Virus record (IMG/VR): IMGVR_UViG_3300026097_000805
Location: 115,648-179,647 of that record
Direction: 5' to 3' (one strand)
Length of the DNA stretch: 64,000 bases
DNA from: a virus
Shown: in pieces, positions 53,608-62,593 of the stretch
Layout: each line of letters begins with the position of its first letter
How positions within the stretch are numbered: the stretch's first letter is position 1
The notes under the pieces: generated by a model
Told to the model about the DNA's origin: nothing
Databases searched by the model: none
The model's input: only the letters and a program-made list of their open reading frames with translations
Program-made: the position numbers and the translations under genes

Positions 53608-53618
53608 TTTACTATTCC

Positions 53619-54785
53619 TTATCGTTGTACTGCTCTGTTGGCTTGTGTGAACCCGCCTTCGCCTCTATTGACTAATTTAATAGAACCTTCTGGATGATCT
53701 AATACATAACCTTCTCCGCCCGATTGTCCGTTTATGCTTGACCTAACCGGAGCTTCGTGCGAATCAAATTGATTAATAATATTATTCTTTACTTCTTGTA
53801 TACCTCTAACAACTTGCCAAAGTGCATCAAATCCTTTTGCATTAGAACGTGTCCATTCTATGATACGTTTTTTCTTAGATTCACTTAATTTAGAAGTTGC
53901 TACCCAATCTTCAAAATTTCCACCTAGATTAGGATTAGTTCCATTTTGATTTACATAGGTATATAGTATCTTTGAAAAGTCACTCATTTTAAGTTCGGTG
54001 AGTTTTGCTTTGTCTAGTAAAGCATCTATTGCCTGAGCATTCTGTGCAACAACGGCTTTCAAACTGTTAATGTTTTCATCGTCTATTTGTGCCGGCTGTT
54101 GGGCTGTGACTGGAGGTACAACCAAAACTTCGTCACCTTGGAATTGATTAATTATACTAGGATCTACAGCTGTCTCTGTTCCGCTTACAGGATCCATATA
54201 TCTGTGTACAACTACTCCTGTCTTTGATTTACCAATCTGTTGTCCTAGATCACTGTCTTGCGAAACTTCATATGTCACAATGTTAGGTGTAAATTCATAA
54301 TCGCCATTTTCGTTGACAGACGGTGTATTGTAGTATAATAAGTCGCCTTTGAAGAAACCTAACAAATCTTTTGGTACAGCACGTTCATACTCATCAAAGA
54401 TGTCTTTCATATTACCTACAAATTGCAGATAATTATTTCTTTTAGCTTCGTCTGGATTGCTAGCACCTTTGCGATTCATTAGCATTGCTTCTAGGTCGTC
54501 TGCACTTTTTGCCTTGCCATCATAGCCAGAAGCTGAAAACCCACTCTTGTCTGTAAGAAGGAAGTCTCCATTCTCATCACGACCAAATATAATTGCAGGG
54601 CTTCCGTCCCACTTGATTGTGACTTGTTCGTGGCCACCTTTTTCTAGTTCAAACAAACTATCTAATGCACGAACAGCACCCTTTGATCCTTCCCAAAATA
54701 CAATGTCTTCAGCATGGTCTATACGAGGACCTTCTTCGTTTAATTGTACTTTACTTTCTACTAATCTAAACTCTTTGTATCTCAT
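53619..54785 (-). CDS. ATP-dependent ligase-fold protein (DUF6267-like), putative RNA ligase
   Basis: KWDG (motif I), GEGYV (motif IV), IKLV (motif V); N-terminus MRYKEFRLVE. Confidence 0.6.
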   Translation of the reverse strand: MRYKEFRLVESKVQLNEEGPRIDHAEDIVFWEGSKGAVRALDSLFELEKGGHEQVTIKWDGSPAIIFGRDENGDFLLTDKSGFSASGYDGKAKSADDLEAMLMNRKGASNPDEAKRNNYLQFVGNMKDIFDEYERAVPKDLLGFFKGDLLYYNTPSVNENGDYEFTPNIVTYEVSQDSDLGQQIGKSKTGVVVHRYMDPVSGTETAVDPSIINQFQGDEVLVVPPVTAQQPAQIDDENINSLKAVVAQNAQAIDALLDKAKLTELKMSDFSKILYTYVNQNGTNPNLGGNFEDWVATSKLSESKKKRIIEWTRSNAKGFDALWQVVRGIQEVKNNIINQFDSHEAPVRSSINGQSGGEGYVLDHPEGSIKLVNRGEGGFTQANRAVQR

Positions 54786-55666
54786 TGCATAGCTCTCATT
54801 AGTTCTACAATTCTATTGTAATTACGATCGGCTAGACTTTCGCGTTGCACTGCTTGGCTTCTTAGTTCGTTTGGTACACCGATGTCTTGCACTTGTTTGT
54901 TTTGTGCAAATCCATCTAAAATTTTCTGCACCATGTTCTTAGGATAGTTCTTTTCCATAGCCTTTTTCAAGCTTTCATAACTATTTAGATCTTGCGGTCC
55001 ATCTAATCCTAGTGCTTGTGCAATACCTTCTGCATCCTTTATAGGATCGCCAATTATTTCGTTTTTATTTTTCTTAGTATAACCTACTCCATTGGCTTTA
55101 GGTACAGGTGTGCGTTTAATTCTTACAAGTCCGTCAGTTGGCGACCACATCCAACGCTCGCTTTCAACAGCACGGCCATCTTCAATTTTTTCTTCTGAAT
55201 CTTCTCGTTGCCACACTGCGGCAATTGTAGCAATCATAATATTACGGAATACACCTTTGTACTTTGATTCTTTTTCACTCGGGCTGTGATAATAGGTCTT
55301 TAACCAACCCGGATCACCCATCATGAAATCTACTTGTACATATCCTGTTCTAGGCTTTTGTGTTTGCTTTTCTTGATCATAGTTCTGTATTTGAACCTTT
55401 GTCATGATCACAGAACTTTTGTCTATATCTAAAATTGCCGGAGTTGCTTTCAGTCTATCTATAAATGCAGGAATATCATCTGGATCAATCTGTAGTGCAA
55501 CGTCAATATCGCCTGAAAATTCTTTTTTACCAACACTGCCAAGAACATTATTTTTAAGATCAATACCCAATGCTCGTTCTAATACATCAAGAGTAGGATT
55601 AATTTCGTCAATGTGTATTGGCCCTACACCTGGCATTGCTCCGCCTTCAAATAGTTTACTTGTCAT
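54782..55666 (-). CDS. Pol-beta-superfamily nucleotidyltransferase-like protein
   Basis: LGSVGKKEFSGDIDV...VQVDFM. Confidence 0.7.
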   Translation of the reverse strand: MTSKLFEGGAMPGVGPIHIDEINPTLDVLERALGIDLKNNVLGSVGKKEFSGDIDVALQIDPDDIPAFIDRLKATPAILDIDKSSVIMTKVQIQNYDQEKQTQKPRTGYVQVDFMMGDPGWLKTYYHSPSEKESKYKGVFRNIMIATIAAVWQREDSEEKIEDGRAVESERWMWSPTDGLVRIKRTPVPKANGVGYTKKNKNEIIGDPIKDAEGIAQALGLDGPQDLNSYESLKKAMEKNYPKNMVQKILDGFAQNKQVQDIGVPNELRSQAVQRESLADRNYNRIVELMRAMQ

Positions 55667-55916
55667 TAGATTTGCTCTCTATTACTTTTTGTATTCCACG
55701 CTTGAACTTTCTCGGATCGCCACTTTTAATTGAATTAAGAAATCTACGTTCTAATTCACCTGCGGTCGCATCGTCATATGTATTACTGATACGGTTTAAT
55801 AAGTTTATTGCGCTCTCTATAATATTACTAGCAGATGATTCAATCATACGATCAGCATCGCGTGATAAATTCAGACTATTTAATTCTTCTAATATCGATC
55901 GTGTGCGTTTTTTCAT
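55656..55916 (-). CDS. Hypothetical protein
   Basis: 86-aa ORF. Confidence 0.7.
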   Translation of the reverse strand: MKKRTRSILEELNSLNLSRDADRMIESSASNIIESAINLLNRISNTYDDATAGELERRFLNSIKSGDPRKFKRGIQKVIESKSNDK

Positions 55917-55983
55917 TATTACAACTCCGTAATGTATTTAGCAAGTCGATAAATATGATTAGCACACTTGAGGGAGAGGGCTA

Positions 55984-56769
55984 ATGTCAATATCAAAGAT
56001 GAACTTTGCTGATCGTTCTCTATTGTTCGCTAAACTATCTAGTATAGCTTATAATGATAACATCAAAGAAGTGAAAAAACAAGTAAAAGCGTTAGGATTC
56101 ACAACTGTTGAATTCTACGATAGAGATGGCGCACAGGCATATCGTTTCCAAAACGCAGACGATTTAGTAATTGCTTGTCGCGGCACACAACCAACATGCT
56201 GGAACGATGTCAAGGCAGATCTACAAGCAATGCCTGTCGTTGCAGAAACAATTTCAAGGGTACACCAAGGATTTAAAACAGAAGTAGATGACCTGTGGCC
56301 TATGATCGTAGAAGACATCACAAGAACACAGAACTTAGATAATAAACTATGGTTCTGCGGACATAGCCTAGGAGCAGCAATGACTACTATCATGGCAAGT
56401 CGTTGTCATCACGACCCTGAACTACCTGATCCAATTGAAACTTATACGTATGGTTCACCTAGAGTGGGCTGGCCCACATATGTTAAGAGTCTAGGAATGA
56501 CTCATCATCGCTGGGTAAACAACAACGACATTGTGTGCAGAGTGCCGTTAACCATCATGGGCTACAGACACCACGGTGAAGAACATTACATGAATGCGTT
56601 TGGTAATATTCGTAAAGTCACAGGCTGGCAGCGTTTCAAAGATCGTATGCGTGGCATGTGGATGGGTATCAAGCAAGGCAAGATTGACAACTTTGGTGAT
56701 CATGACATGAGTGGCTATATTCATAATTTAGAAATGTATGCACAAGGCAAGGAAAACAGTCAACGCTAG
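55984..56769 (+). CDS. Lipase class 3 (alpha/beta hydrolase)
   Basis: ACRGTQ, GHSLG, TYGSPRVG, NNDIVCRVP, DH. Confidence 0.92.
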   Translation: MSISKMNFADRSLLFAKLSSIAYNDNIKEVKKQVKALGFTTVEFYDRDGAQAYRFQNADDLVIACRGTQPTCWNDVKADLQAMPVVAETISRVHQGFKTEVDDLWPMIVEDITRTQNLDNKLWFCGHSLGAAMTTIMASRCHHDPELPDPIETYTYGSPRVGWPTYVKSLGMTHHRWVNNNDIVCRVPLTIMGYRHHGEEHYMNAFGNIRKVTGWQRFKDRMRGMWMGIKQGKIDNFGDHDMSGYIHNLEMYAQGKENSQR

Positions 56770-57497
56770 GTCTTGCGGACGCGACGATTATATTCAATTG
56801 CTTCTTGCAGTATTGACAGCTCAACGTTTTCTCGTTGAGCTGTTCTTATGAGTGCGCTAGTATCTTTAGGAAAACAATGTCCGCCGAAGCCTCGTTCTTC
56901 TGTAATGAATGTATGACTATCACCGATGCGTTCGTCCATGGTTGTATAGTGTGCAACTGCTGAATATTCTACATCAAGTGCATTACACAAATCATACAGT
57001 TGATTGAAGTATGCAACCTTTAGTGCAAGGAAACTGTTGCGAGCATATTTGGCCAAGACAAGTTCACGAGGCTCTGCGATTTCTGTGCTAACTCCAAACA
57101 CGTCTTTCCAAAAGCAGGTATTGGTTCCGCCGATAAGCATTAAATTCATGTTGGTAATATCTTCCAACCAACTTGCTTCTCTAAGAAACTCTGGACTAAA
57201 ACTTATCATTCGATTGGGGAACGCATCAACCAACATATCCCAACCTTCTACTGAAATTGTGCTTTTGATCAAGATAGGCACATCTGGCGCTGCATCTATA
57301 ACGTTAAACACATTGTCCATTTTGCATCCGCCGCCAGCATTAGGAGGTGTTGCTACACACACAATCACTGCATCGATATCATCGTAAGAATTAGTGTACC
57401 CGAGTGCGGGATCATTGATCACAACATCATGTTTAAACTTTAAGACTTCGTAATGTGCTCTTCCAACAAAGCCGTATCCTGCAATTAATATTTTCAT
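56766..57497 (-). CDS. UDP-glucose/GDP-mannose 6-dehydrogenase family (short form)
   Basis: GYGFVG, VCVATP, IKST, PEFLRE, KYARN, GFGGHCFPKD. Confidence 0.9.
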   Translation of the reverse strand: MKILIAGYGFVGRAHYEVLKFKHDVVINDPALGYTNSYDDIDAVIVCVATPPNAGGGCKMDNVFNVIDAAPDVPILIKSTISVEGWDMLVDAFPNRMISFSPEFLREASWLEDITNMNLMLIGGTNTCFWKDVFGVSTEIAEPRELVLAKYARNSFLALKVAYFNQLYDLCNALDVEYSAVAHYTTMDERIGDSHTFITEERGFGGHCFPKDTSALIRTAQRENVELSILQEAIEYNRRVRKT

Positions 57498-57706
57498 TGT
57501 GTGTTATCTTTCTTGAGTAAGTGATGCATTACTATAATTATTAAGAGTGTGACCATCCAAGCCTGCCATATTGGCAATGCACTGTTGTCTAAGTTTTCTT
57601 TGATCCATGCACGATCAAAAAACGAACCTAAAAAGGACACACTAATTAAAGTTGTAAAGTAGGCTATAAATGGTATTGATATTATTTTATACAATAACTT
57701 TTTCAA
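57494..57706 (-). CDS. Small two-TM membrane protein
   Basis: Hydrophobic; ATGA overlap with dehydrogenase. Confidence 0.6.
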   Translation of the reverse strand: MKKLLYKIISIPFIAYFTTLISVSFLGSFFDRAWIKENLDNSALPIWQAWMVTLLIIIVMHHLLKKDNTQ

Positions 57707-57710
57707 TTTG

Positions 57711-58424
57711 TCAATCCCAATATTTGCTGTAGTCTATATTATCCCAATACTGTTCGTTGTTGCGATTCCAAAAGTTTTTAACCAAATACCAAGCCATGCC
57801 AAAGTATCCCATCTTTTGAAAGCGTCTGCTGTCCTGACCAAAGTGATGTGAGATCAATCTAAACTTTTCTGGGCTGTACAGTTTGCTGAGGAAGAAGTCT
57901 TCTGATGTCACATAACGACAAGGAAAGCAGCCTAGTTCTTCAAATCTATCTCTGCGTGTCAACATAAAAGCACCTACCGCGAATGGAACAAAGTGTTGCA
58001 TCACACTGTTGACCATGTTGAATATACTAAATCCAATCTGTGCTCGCCAGTCTCCGTCATAGCATTTGATATACATGCCCAATAGATCTAAGTTCTGTGA
58101 TTCAAACACTGCCACACTATCCGCGATTTCAGTGTGAGTAAAGAAACGCACGTCTGCATCTATGAATAGAATGTAGGGTGTTTTGGCATGACTGGCGCCA
58201 TTGTTCTTGGCTTCACTTACTGGACCGCCTTGGACTACTTTGATGTTTAACTTGTGTTGACGTTTCTTTTGTGCGATTACTTTACGAGTATCATCGTCAC
58301 TAGCGTCTGCTATTATTATCTGTGTGTCAGGCACCTGTCGTGCTAGATCATCTAGCAGGTGTCCTATGTAGTCTTGCTCGTTCTTAGAGGGTATGACTAT
58401 CGTTATCTTGTTCTTCAAACTCAT
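57711..58424 (-). CDS. Glycosyltransferase family 2
   Basis: IVIPSKNE, IIADAS, FIDAD, SEDF; start MSLKNK. Confidence 0.9.
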   Translation of the reverse strand: MSLKNKITIVIPSKNEQDYIGHLLDDLARQVPDTQIIIADASDDDTRKVIAQKKRQHKLNIKVVQGGPVSEAKNNGASHAKTPYILFIDADVRFFTHTEIADSVAVFESQNLDLLGMYIKCYDGDWRAQIGFSIFNMVNSVMQHFVPFAVGAFMLTRRDRFEELGCFPCRYVTSEDFFLSKLYSPEKFRLISHHFGQDSRRFQKMGYFGMAWYLVKNFWNRNNEQYWDNIDYSKYWD

Positions 58425-59181
58425 CTTCTGTTCCATCGTTGTTGTATTTGTAGAACAGGACTTCCCATTCTCCCGACTCATGTTCTAGTAGTGCTGAACA
58501 ACTCTCAACCCAATCGCCACTGTTCTTGTATTCAATGTCGTTGATTGTTTTCATTTCTGCGGTGTGAATGTGCCCACATATGGCGCCGTCATAGCCTTTT
58601 TTGTAGCAGTAAAGCGCAACATGCTCTTCAAAGCTGTTGATGTAGTTCACAGCACTCTTGGTCTTTGATTTGAGAAACTTGCTCAAACTCCAGTAGGGCA
58701 AGCCTAACCAACCTCTCACTGTGTTGAAGTGTGTGTTTGTCCATATCAGAAAGTTGTAGGCAGCATCACCTAGATGCATGATCCACTTTTTGTTGGGCAT
58801 CATAAGATTGTCAAACATGTCGCCGTGAACCACTAGATACTTCTTGCCGTTTACTGCTCTATAATCATAACGATTTAACACACGTATGCGTCCGATATCA
58901 ATATCAAAGTTTAGATACTTGCGCAGTGCTTCATCGTGATTGCCCAGTATGTAGTACACTTTGGTATCGCGTTTGGCTGCTGTGAATATTCTGCGTATTA
59001 CGTTAGCGTGGCTTTGTGGGAAGTACCAACGGTTCTTTAGTCGCCATCCGTCCACTATGTCGCCAACTAAAAATAAATTTTCGCAAGTATTTTCTTTTAA
59101 AAAAGAACAAAGGGCGTCTGCTTGACAACCCCTTGTCCCTAGATGTATATCTGAAATGAATATACTTTTGTAATGCATCAA
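58384..59181 (-). CDS. plcP: PlcP/LpxH-family metallophosphoesterase (phospholipase C of lipid remodelling)
   Basis: FISDIHLG, VGDIVDGWRL...WYFPQSH, GNHDE, HGD.FD, SLS..LK.K.K, CGHIH, NSGDWVES. Confidence 0.75.
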   Translation of the reverse strand: MMHYKSIFISDIHLGTRGCQADALCSFLKENTCENLFLVGDIVDGWRLKNRWYFPQSHANVIRRIFTAAKRDTKVYYILGNHDEALRKYLNFDIDIGRIRVLNRYDYRAVNGKKYLVVHGDMFDNLMMPNKKWIMHLGDAAYNFLIWTNTHFNTVRGWLGLPYWSLSKFLKSKTKSAVNYINSFEEHVALYCYKKGYDGAICGHIHTAEMKTINDIEYKNSGDWVESCSALLEHESGEWEVLFYKYNNDGTEDEFEEQDNDSHTL

Positions 59182-59197
59182 TTATTTAATCGATTCT

Positions 59198-60133
59198 TTA
59201 CTCAACTGTGATCAATCCGAGATCTTCTAACATGCCACCTGGTGCACTCAATTGCTTAAACTTAGCAATATATTCTTCGATGCCCGGAACTAGTCCAACA
59301 TGCTCTTCTTTCACATAGTAATAAAGTGCTCTTGAAATTGGATATGAACTATCAGCAATTGTTTCAAATGTAGGATTTACACCGTCTACGATTGCACCTT
59401 GTACCACATCAGAATTTTGATCTAAAAACGAGAATCCAAAAACACCGTAACGATTCTTGTCATCACCTAGTTTTTGCACAATTAGGTTATCGTTCTCTGT
59501 CATTTCAACAACATAACCATCTGTTCGAACAGGAGTACATAACTTTTTGTATTCTTTTTTGCTAAGACCGTATTGCTTTTTACAGGTTTGATGCATCACA
59601 AGTTCAACCAATGCATCTCTAGTTCCAGATGTAGTTGGAGGAATCATCATGGCAATTTCCAAATTCGGAAGACTGCTGTCAATCTCATTCCATCTTGTGT
59701 ATGGGTTTTCAATCCAACCGTTGTCACTTGGAATTTGATATGCCATAGCAAGATACAGTTGCTGAAGTGTGACGGTAAGAAGTGTGCCGTCCTTTGAGTT
59801 TGCAATAACAATACCATCATATCCAGCGAGATATTCAACTGGAGTCACACCGTTCTTTTTACAATCGTCAATTTCTTTTTGCTTAATTGCTCTTGAAGCG
59901 TTTGTGATGTCCGGATATGTAGTTCCTAGCCCCGAGCAGAAGATTTTAAGGCCTCCACCTGAACCTGTCGATTCTACAACAGGAGTTTTGAATCTAGAAT
60001 CTTTTCCAAGATTTTCTGCTACTGCTGTTGAAAATGGGAACACTGTTGATGAACCCACAATTGAGATATATTCCCGTGCTTGAGCACCAACGCTCAATAG
60101 AGCAACCAGTGCTCCTACTAACATAGTTTTCAT
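59198..60133 (-). CDS. pstS: Phosphate ABC transporter substrate-binding protein
   Basis: GSSTVFP, ESTGSGGG...FCSG, DITNASR, PPTTSGTRD, YPISR.LY.YVK; start MKTML. Confidence 0.92.
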   Translation of the reverse strand: MKTMLVGALVALLSVGAQAREYISIVGSSTVFPFSTAVAENLGKDSRFKTPVVESTGSGGGLKIFCSGLGTTYPDITNASRAIKQKEIDDCKKNGVTPVEYLAGYDGIVIANSKDGTLLTVTLQQLYLAMAYQIPSDNGWIENPYTRWNEIDSSLPNLEIAMMIPPTTSGTRDALVELVMHQTCKKQYGLSKKEYKKLCTPVRTDGYVVEMTENDNLIVQKLGDDKNRYGVFGFSFLDQNSDVVQGAIVDGVNPTFETIADSSYPISRALYYYVKEEHVGLVPGIEEYIAKFKQLSAPGGMLEDLGLITVE

Positions 60134-60190
60134 AGTTTGATAACCTCCTTTAACTACTAACATTATGTATGATAATGATAGCACATAATT

Positions 60191-60208
60191 ATTACAATTT
60201 TATTACAT
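60191..60208 (-). promoter_or_regulatory. Pho-box-like 11-bp-period direct repeat
   Basis: ATGTAAT-AAAA-TTGTAAT vs consensus CTGTCAT-AAAA-CTGTCAT (14/18), ~60 nt upstream of pstS. Confidence 0.65.
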
Positions 60209-60260
60209 TCAGCAATCTGTGCATTATACATTAGTAGTAGAGATTATATTGTATTTTTAT

Positions 60261-60422
60261 TTAGAAGCCATCAGCCAATGTCCACTTGTGATTAAAAGAC
60301 TTGCCTTTCGCTTTACGTTCTGCAATCTTACGAAACTCTTCCATGCGTAGTTCTTCAATTGCTTGTGCGTTGTGGGAAAGAGAAGCTTTGTACATTTCTT
60401 TGATTAGTTTAGTCTGTTTCAT
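60261..60422 (-). CDS. Small basic protein (53 aa)
   Basis: Manual translation MKQTKLIKEMYKA...; AGGAG RBS. Confidence 0.55.
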   Translation of the reverse strand: MKQTKLIKEMYKASLSHNAQAIEELRMEEFRKIAERKAKGKSFNHKWTLADGF

Positions 60423-60605
60423 AGTTTCTCTCCTTTGTACTATATATAGTATTTACGCAACTTGTGCAGACTATAATATGATTAGTTTATTTTCTGTACA
60501 ATTTCGTGCTTTTAATAAATACTTCGGCAAGATCCGTTCTGGACCTGACAACTTGGTAAGACAAGTCGCGCTCGCGAAAAAAAGCATCATTACAAGGAGA
60601 AAACA

Positions 60606-60779
60606 ATGATCAACCTAGCAAATGCTATTGGTCGTGTAATGATGACTGCGGTCAAACTTCCACGATCAACCAAAGAATCACGTGCTGATTTTAAAAAATG
60701 GGCAGAAACTGAATACCGTAGAGACAAGGATTATGTATATCAATGCATGATCGAGGGTAGGCGTATAGACTTGCGTTAA
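60606..60779 (+). CDS. Small hypothetical protein (57 aa)
   Basis: Manual translation MINLANAIG...KKWAETEYRRD; AAGGAG RBS. Confidence 0.65.
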   Translation: MINLANAIGRVMMTAVKLPRSTKESRADFKKWAETEYRRDKDYVYQCMIEGRRIDLR

Positions 60780-60998
60780 ACGCATGACAGCAATGCACAG
60801 AAACTTGTTGATTTTTGTGCATTGCAATGCTACTATAGTATAAATAAGTTTGTTGTGCAGAGCAACAGAAAGCGTCTTCAGCTTGCAAAAAATGAAGGGC
60901 ATATCCTATGCCATAAAAAGGTGACGCCGGAAGAGACCGGGGTACGTGACAGACCTTATTATCACACACACTATACACACATAACAGGAGAAAGAAGC

Positions 60999-61253
60999 AT
61001 GACTTCAACAACATTTACGGCTGGCACAACTGGCCTAATCAATAGCGTGAGAGAGTTTTTTGTTAACCTAAACGAAAAACGTATCCAACGCAGAAACGCT
61101 CAATATACTATCCGTCAACTATCAGCACTCACAGATCGTGAACTGTGGGACATGGGCATCACTCGTGGTGACATCTACAGTGTTGCACACGGTGATCCAA
61201 GTTTTCGTAGAGCAGGATCAAAAACAAATCCTAATCTAGAGGGGTGGGTGTAA
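60999..61253 (+). CDS. DUF1127 (YjiS-like) small protein
   Basis: TIRQLSALTDRELWDMGITRGDI; start revised using AGGAG RBS. Confidence 0.9.
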   Translation: MTSTTFTAGTTGLINSVREFFVNLNEKRIQRRNAQYTIRQLSALTDRELWDMGITRGDIYSVAHGDPSFRRAGSKTNPNLEGWV

Positions 61254-61462
61254 TGCAAGTATCACTAGAAGCAAAACGCAACGGTGTTGCATTTAGACAG
61301 CCAACTTTCGTTAATCCTTTGCCTAAATTCTTTCGTGCGGTAGGTCGTACTTTTGAAATTGCAGGCTATAGTCGAGCAGCCTCAGAGCTTGCAAGACTGG
61401 GCTATATGGAAGAAGCTAAAAACTGCATGATGCAGATTAAAACGCTAAAGGGGTTAGAGTAA
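61253..61462 (+). CDS. Small hypothetical protein
   Basis: GYSRAASELARLGY.EEA motif; TAATG overlap. Confidence 0.7.
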   Translation: MQVSLEAKRNGVAFRQPTFVNPLPKFFRAVGRTFEIAGYSRAASELARLGYMEEAKNCMMQIKTLKGLE

Positions 61463-61562
61463 GCTCTAATTCGATTTGCAATTCTGCTTCTGTGCTTTGA
61501 TATCATTGCCACAGAAGCATATGCAAAACCCAAAAGAATACCGACACACACAGGAGAAAATT

Positions 61563-61619
61563 ATGTGGCCTTATACACCAGAAGAGTATGATGACTTCTT
61601 CAATCCTAAGAAAGGATAA
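61563..61619 (+). CDS. Short upstream ORF MWPYTPEEYDDFFNPKKG (18 aa)
   Basis: Strong AGGAG RBS; stop 3 nt before AOX start. Confidence 0.55.
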   Translation: MWPYTPEEYDDFFNPKKG

Positions 61620-61622
61620 ACA

Positions 61623-62213
61623 ATGAATATTAGCGATCGTGTAGCCTACGGCTTGACTATGAGCTTTCGCTGGTTTGCGGATACATTCTTCGCCAAACGC
61701 TATGGACACCGTGCTGTTGTACTAGAGACAGTAGCCGGTGTTCCTGGCATGGTAGCAGGCATGTGGAACCACTTGCGCAGTTTGAGAAAGATGCAACCAG
61801 ATGAACGTGGCTGGATCAAAACACTGTTAGATGAAGCAGAGAACGAACGCATGCATCTAATGATCTTTATTGAAATTGCTAAACCAAACATCTTTGAACG
61901 ACTGCTTATTATGTTTGCTCAATTTGTGTTTTGGCATTTCTACTTTGTGTTGTACGTGTTGTTCCCCAAGACAGCACATCGCATGGTAGGATACTTTGAG
62001 GATCAGGCTGTGATCAGTTATACACAATATCTAGAAGAGATTGATAGCGGGCGCATTGAGAACATCGAAGCACCTAACATTGCCAAAGACTACTACGGTC
62101 TACACTACGATGCAACACTGCGTGATGTTGTGATTGCTGTTCGTACAGACGAGCAAGGTCATGCAGATGTAAATCATTCTATGGCAGATCAACTGTTGAC
62201 AAAACATAAATAA
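61623..62213 (+). CDS. aox: Alternative oxidase (ubiquinol oxidase, di-iron)
   Basis: LETVAGVPGMV, EAENERMHL, HRMVGYFE, SYT, VRTDEQGH. Confidence 0.95.
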   Translation: MNISDRVAYGLTMSFRWFADTFFAKRYGHRAVVLETVAGVPGMVAGMWNHLRSLRKMQPDERGWIKTLLDEAENERMHLMIFIEIAKPNIFERLLIMFAQFVFWHFYFVLYVLFPKTAHRMVGYFEDQAVISYTQYLEEIDSGRIENIEAPNIAKDYYGLHYDATLRDVVIAVRTDEQGHADVNHSMADQLLTKHK

Positions 62214-62269
62214 TACGTTACATTAATAAAGTGATGTAACACTACACACAGACACATAGGAGAAACACA

Positions 62270-62593
62270 ATGTCAAAAGTAGAAACTACCTACGGGGAAA
62301 CTATCCTCAAGCAAACACAAGAAATTGCCGACATGTTCAAACAGGCAATGCCCAAAGTAACAATGAATAAAAACGGTTATGAAATTCGCACACAAGTACT
62401 AGAAATGGCCAAAGACAATGTCTGGAGCGATTTCCATGCTAAGTTCGCAGGCTGGGAACAGACTGTAAAGCGTGATCCAGAAAGCGGAGAAGTTGTCTCA
62501 ACTACTACAATGCCTGAAGTACCAGGTGCTGATCAAGTATTAGAAGCAGCTGAAAAGTTTTACGACTTTGTAAACGGCAAGACAAATAAATAA
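62270..62593 (+). CDS. Conserved phage hypothetical protein
   Basis: KNGYEIRTQVLEMAK...A.KFY.FV. Confidence 0.75.
   Translation: MSKVETTYGETILKQTQEIADMFKQAMPKVTMNKNGYEIRTQVLEMAKDNVWSDFHAKFAGWEQTVKRDPESGEVVSTTTMPEVPGADQVLEAAEKFYDFVNGKTNK

Noticed and set aside
60822-60998. 59-aa N-terminal extension of the DUF1127 ORF, and similar extensions of 6858-7622, 14201-15148, 33186-33512 and 59198-60184
   Set aside because: Downstream starts have proper RBSs, and the extensions overlap promoters, UTRs or other genes.
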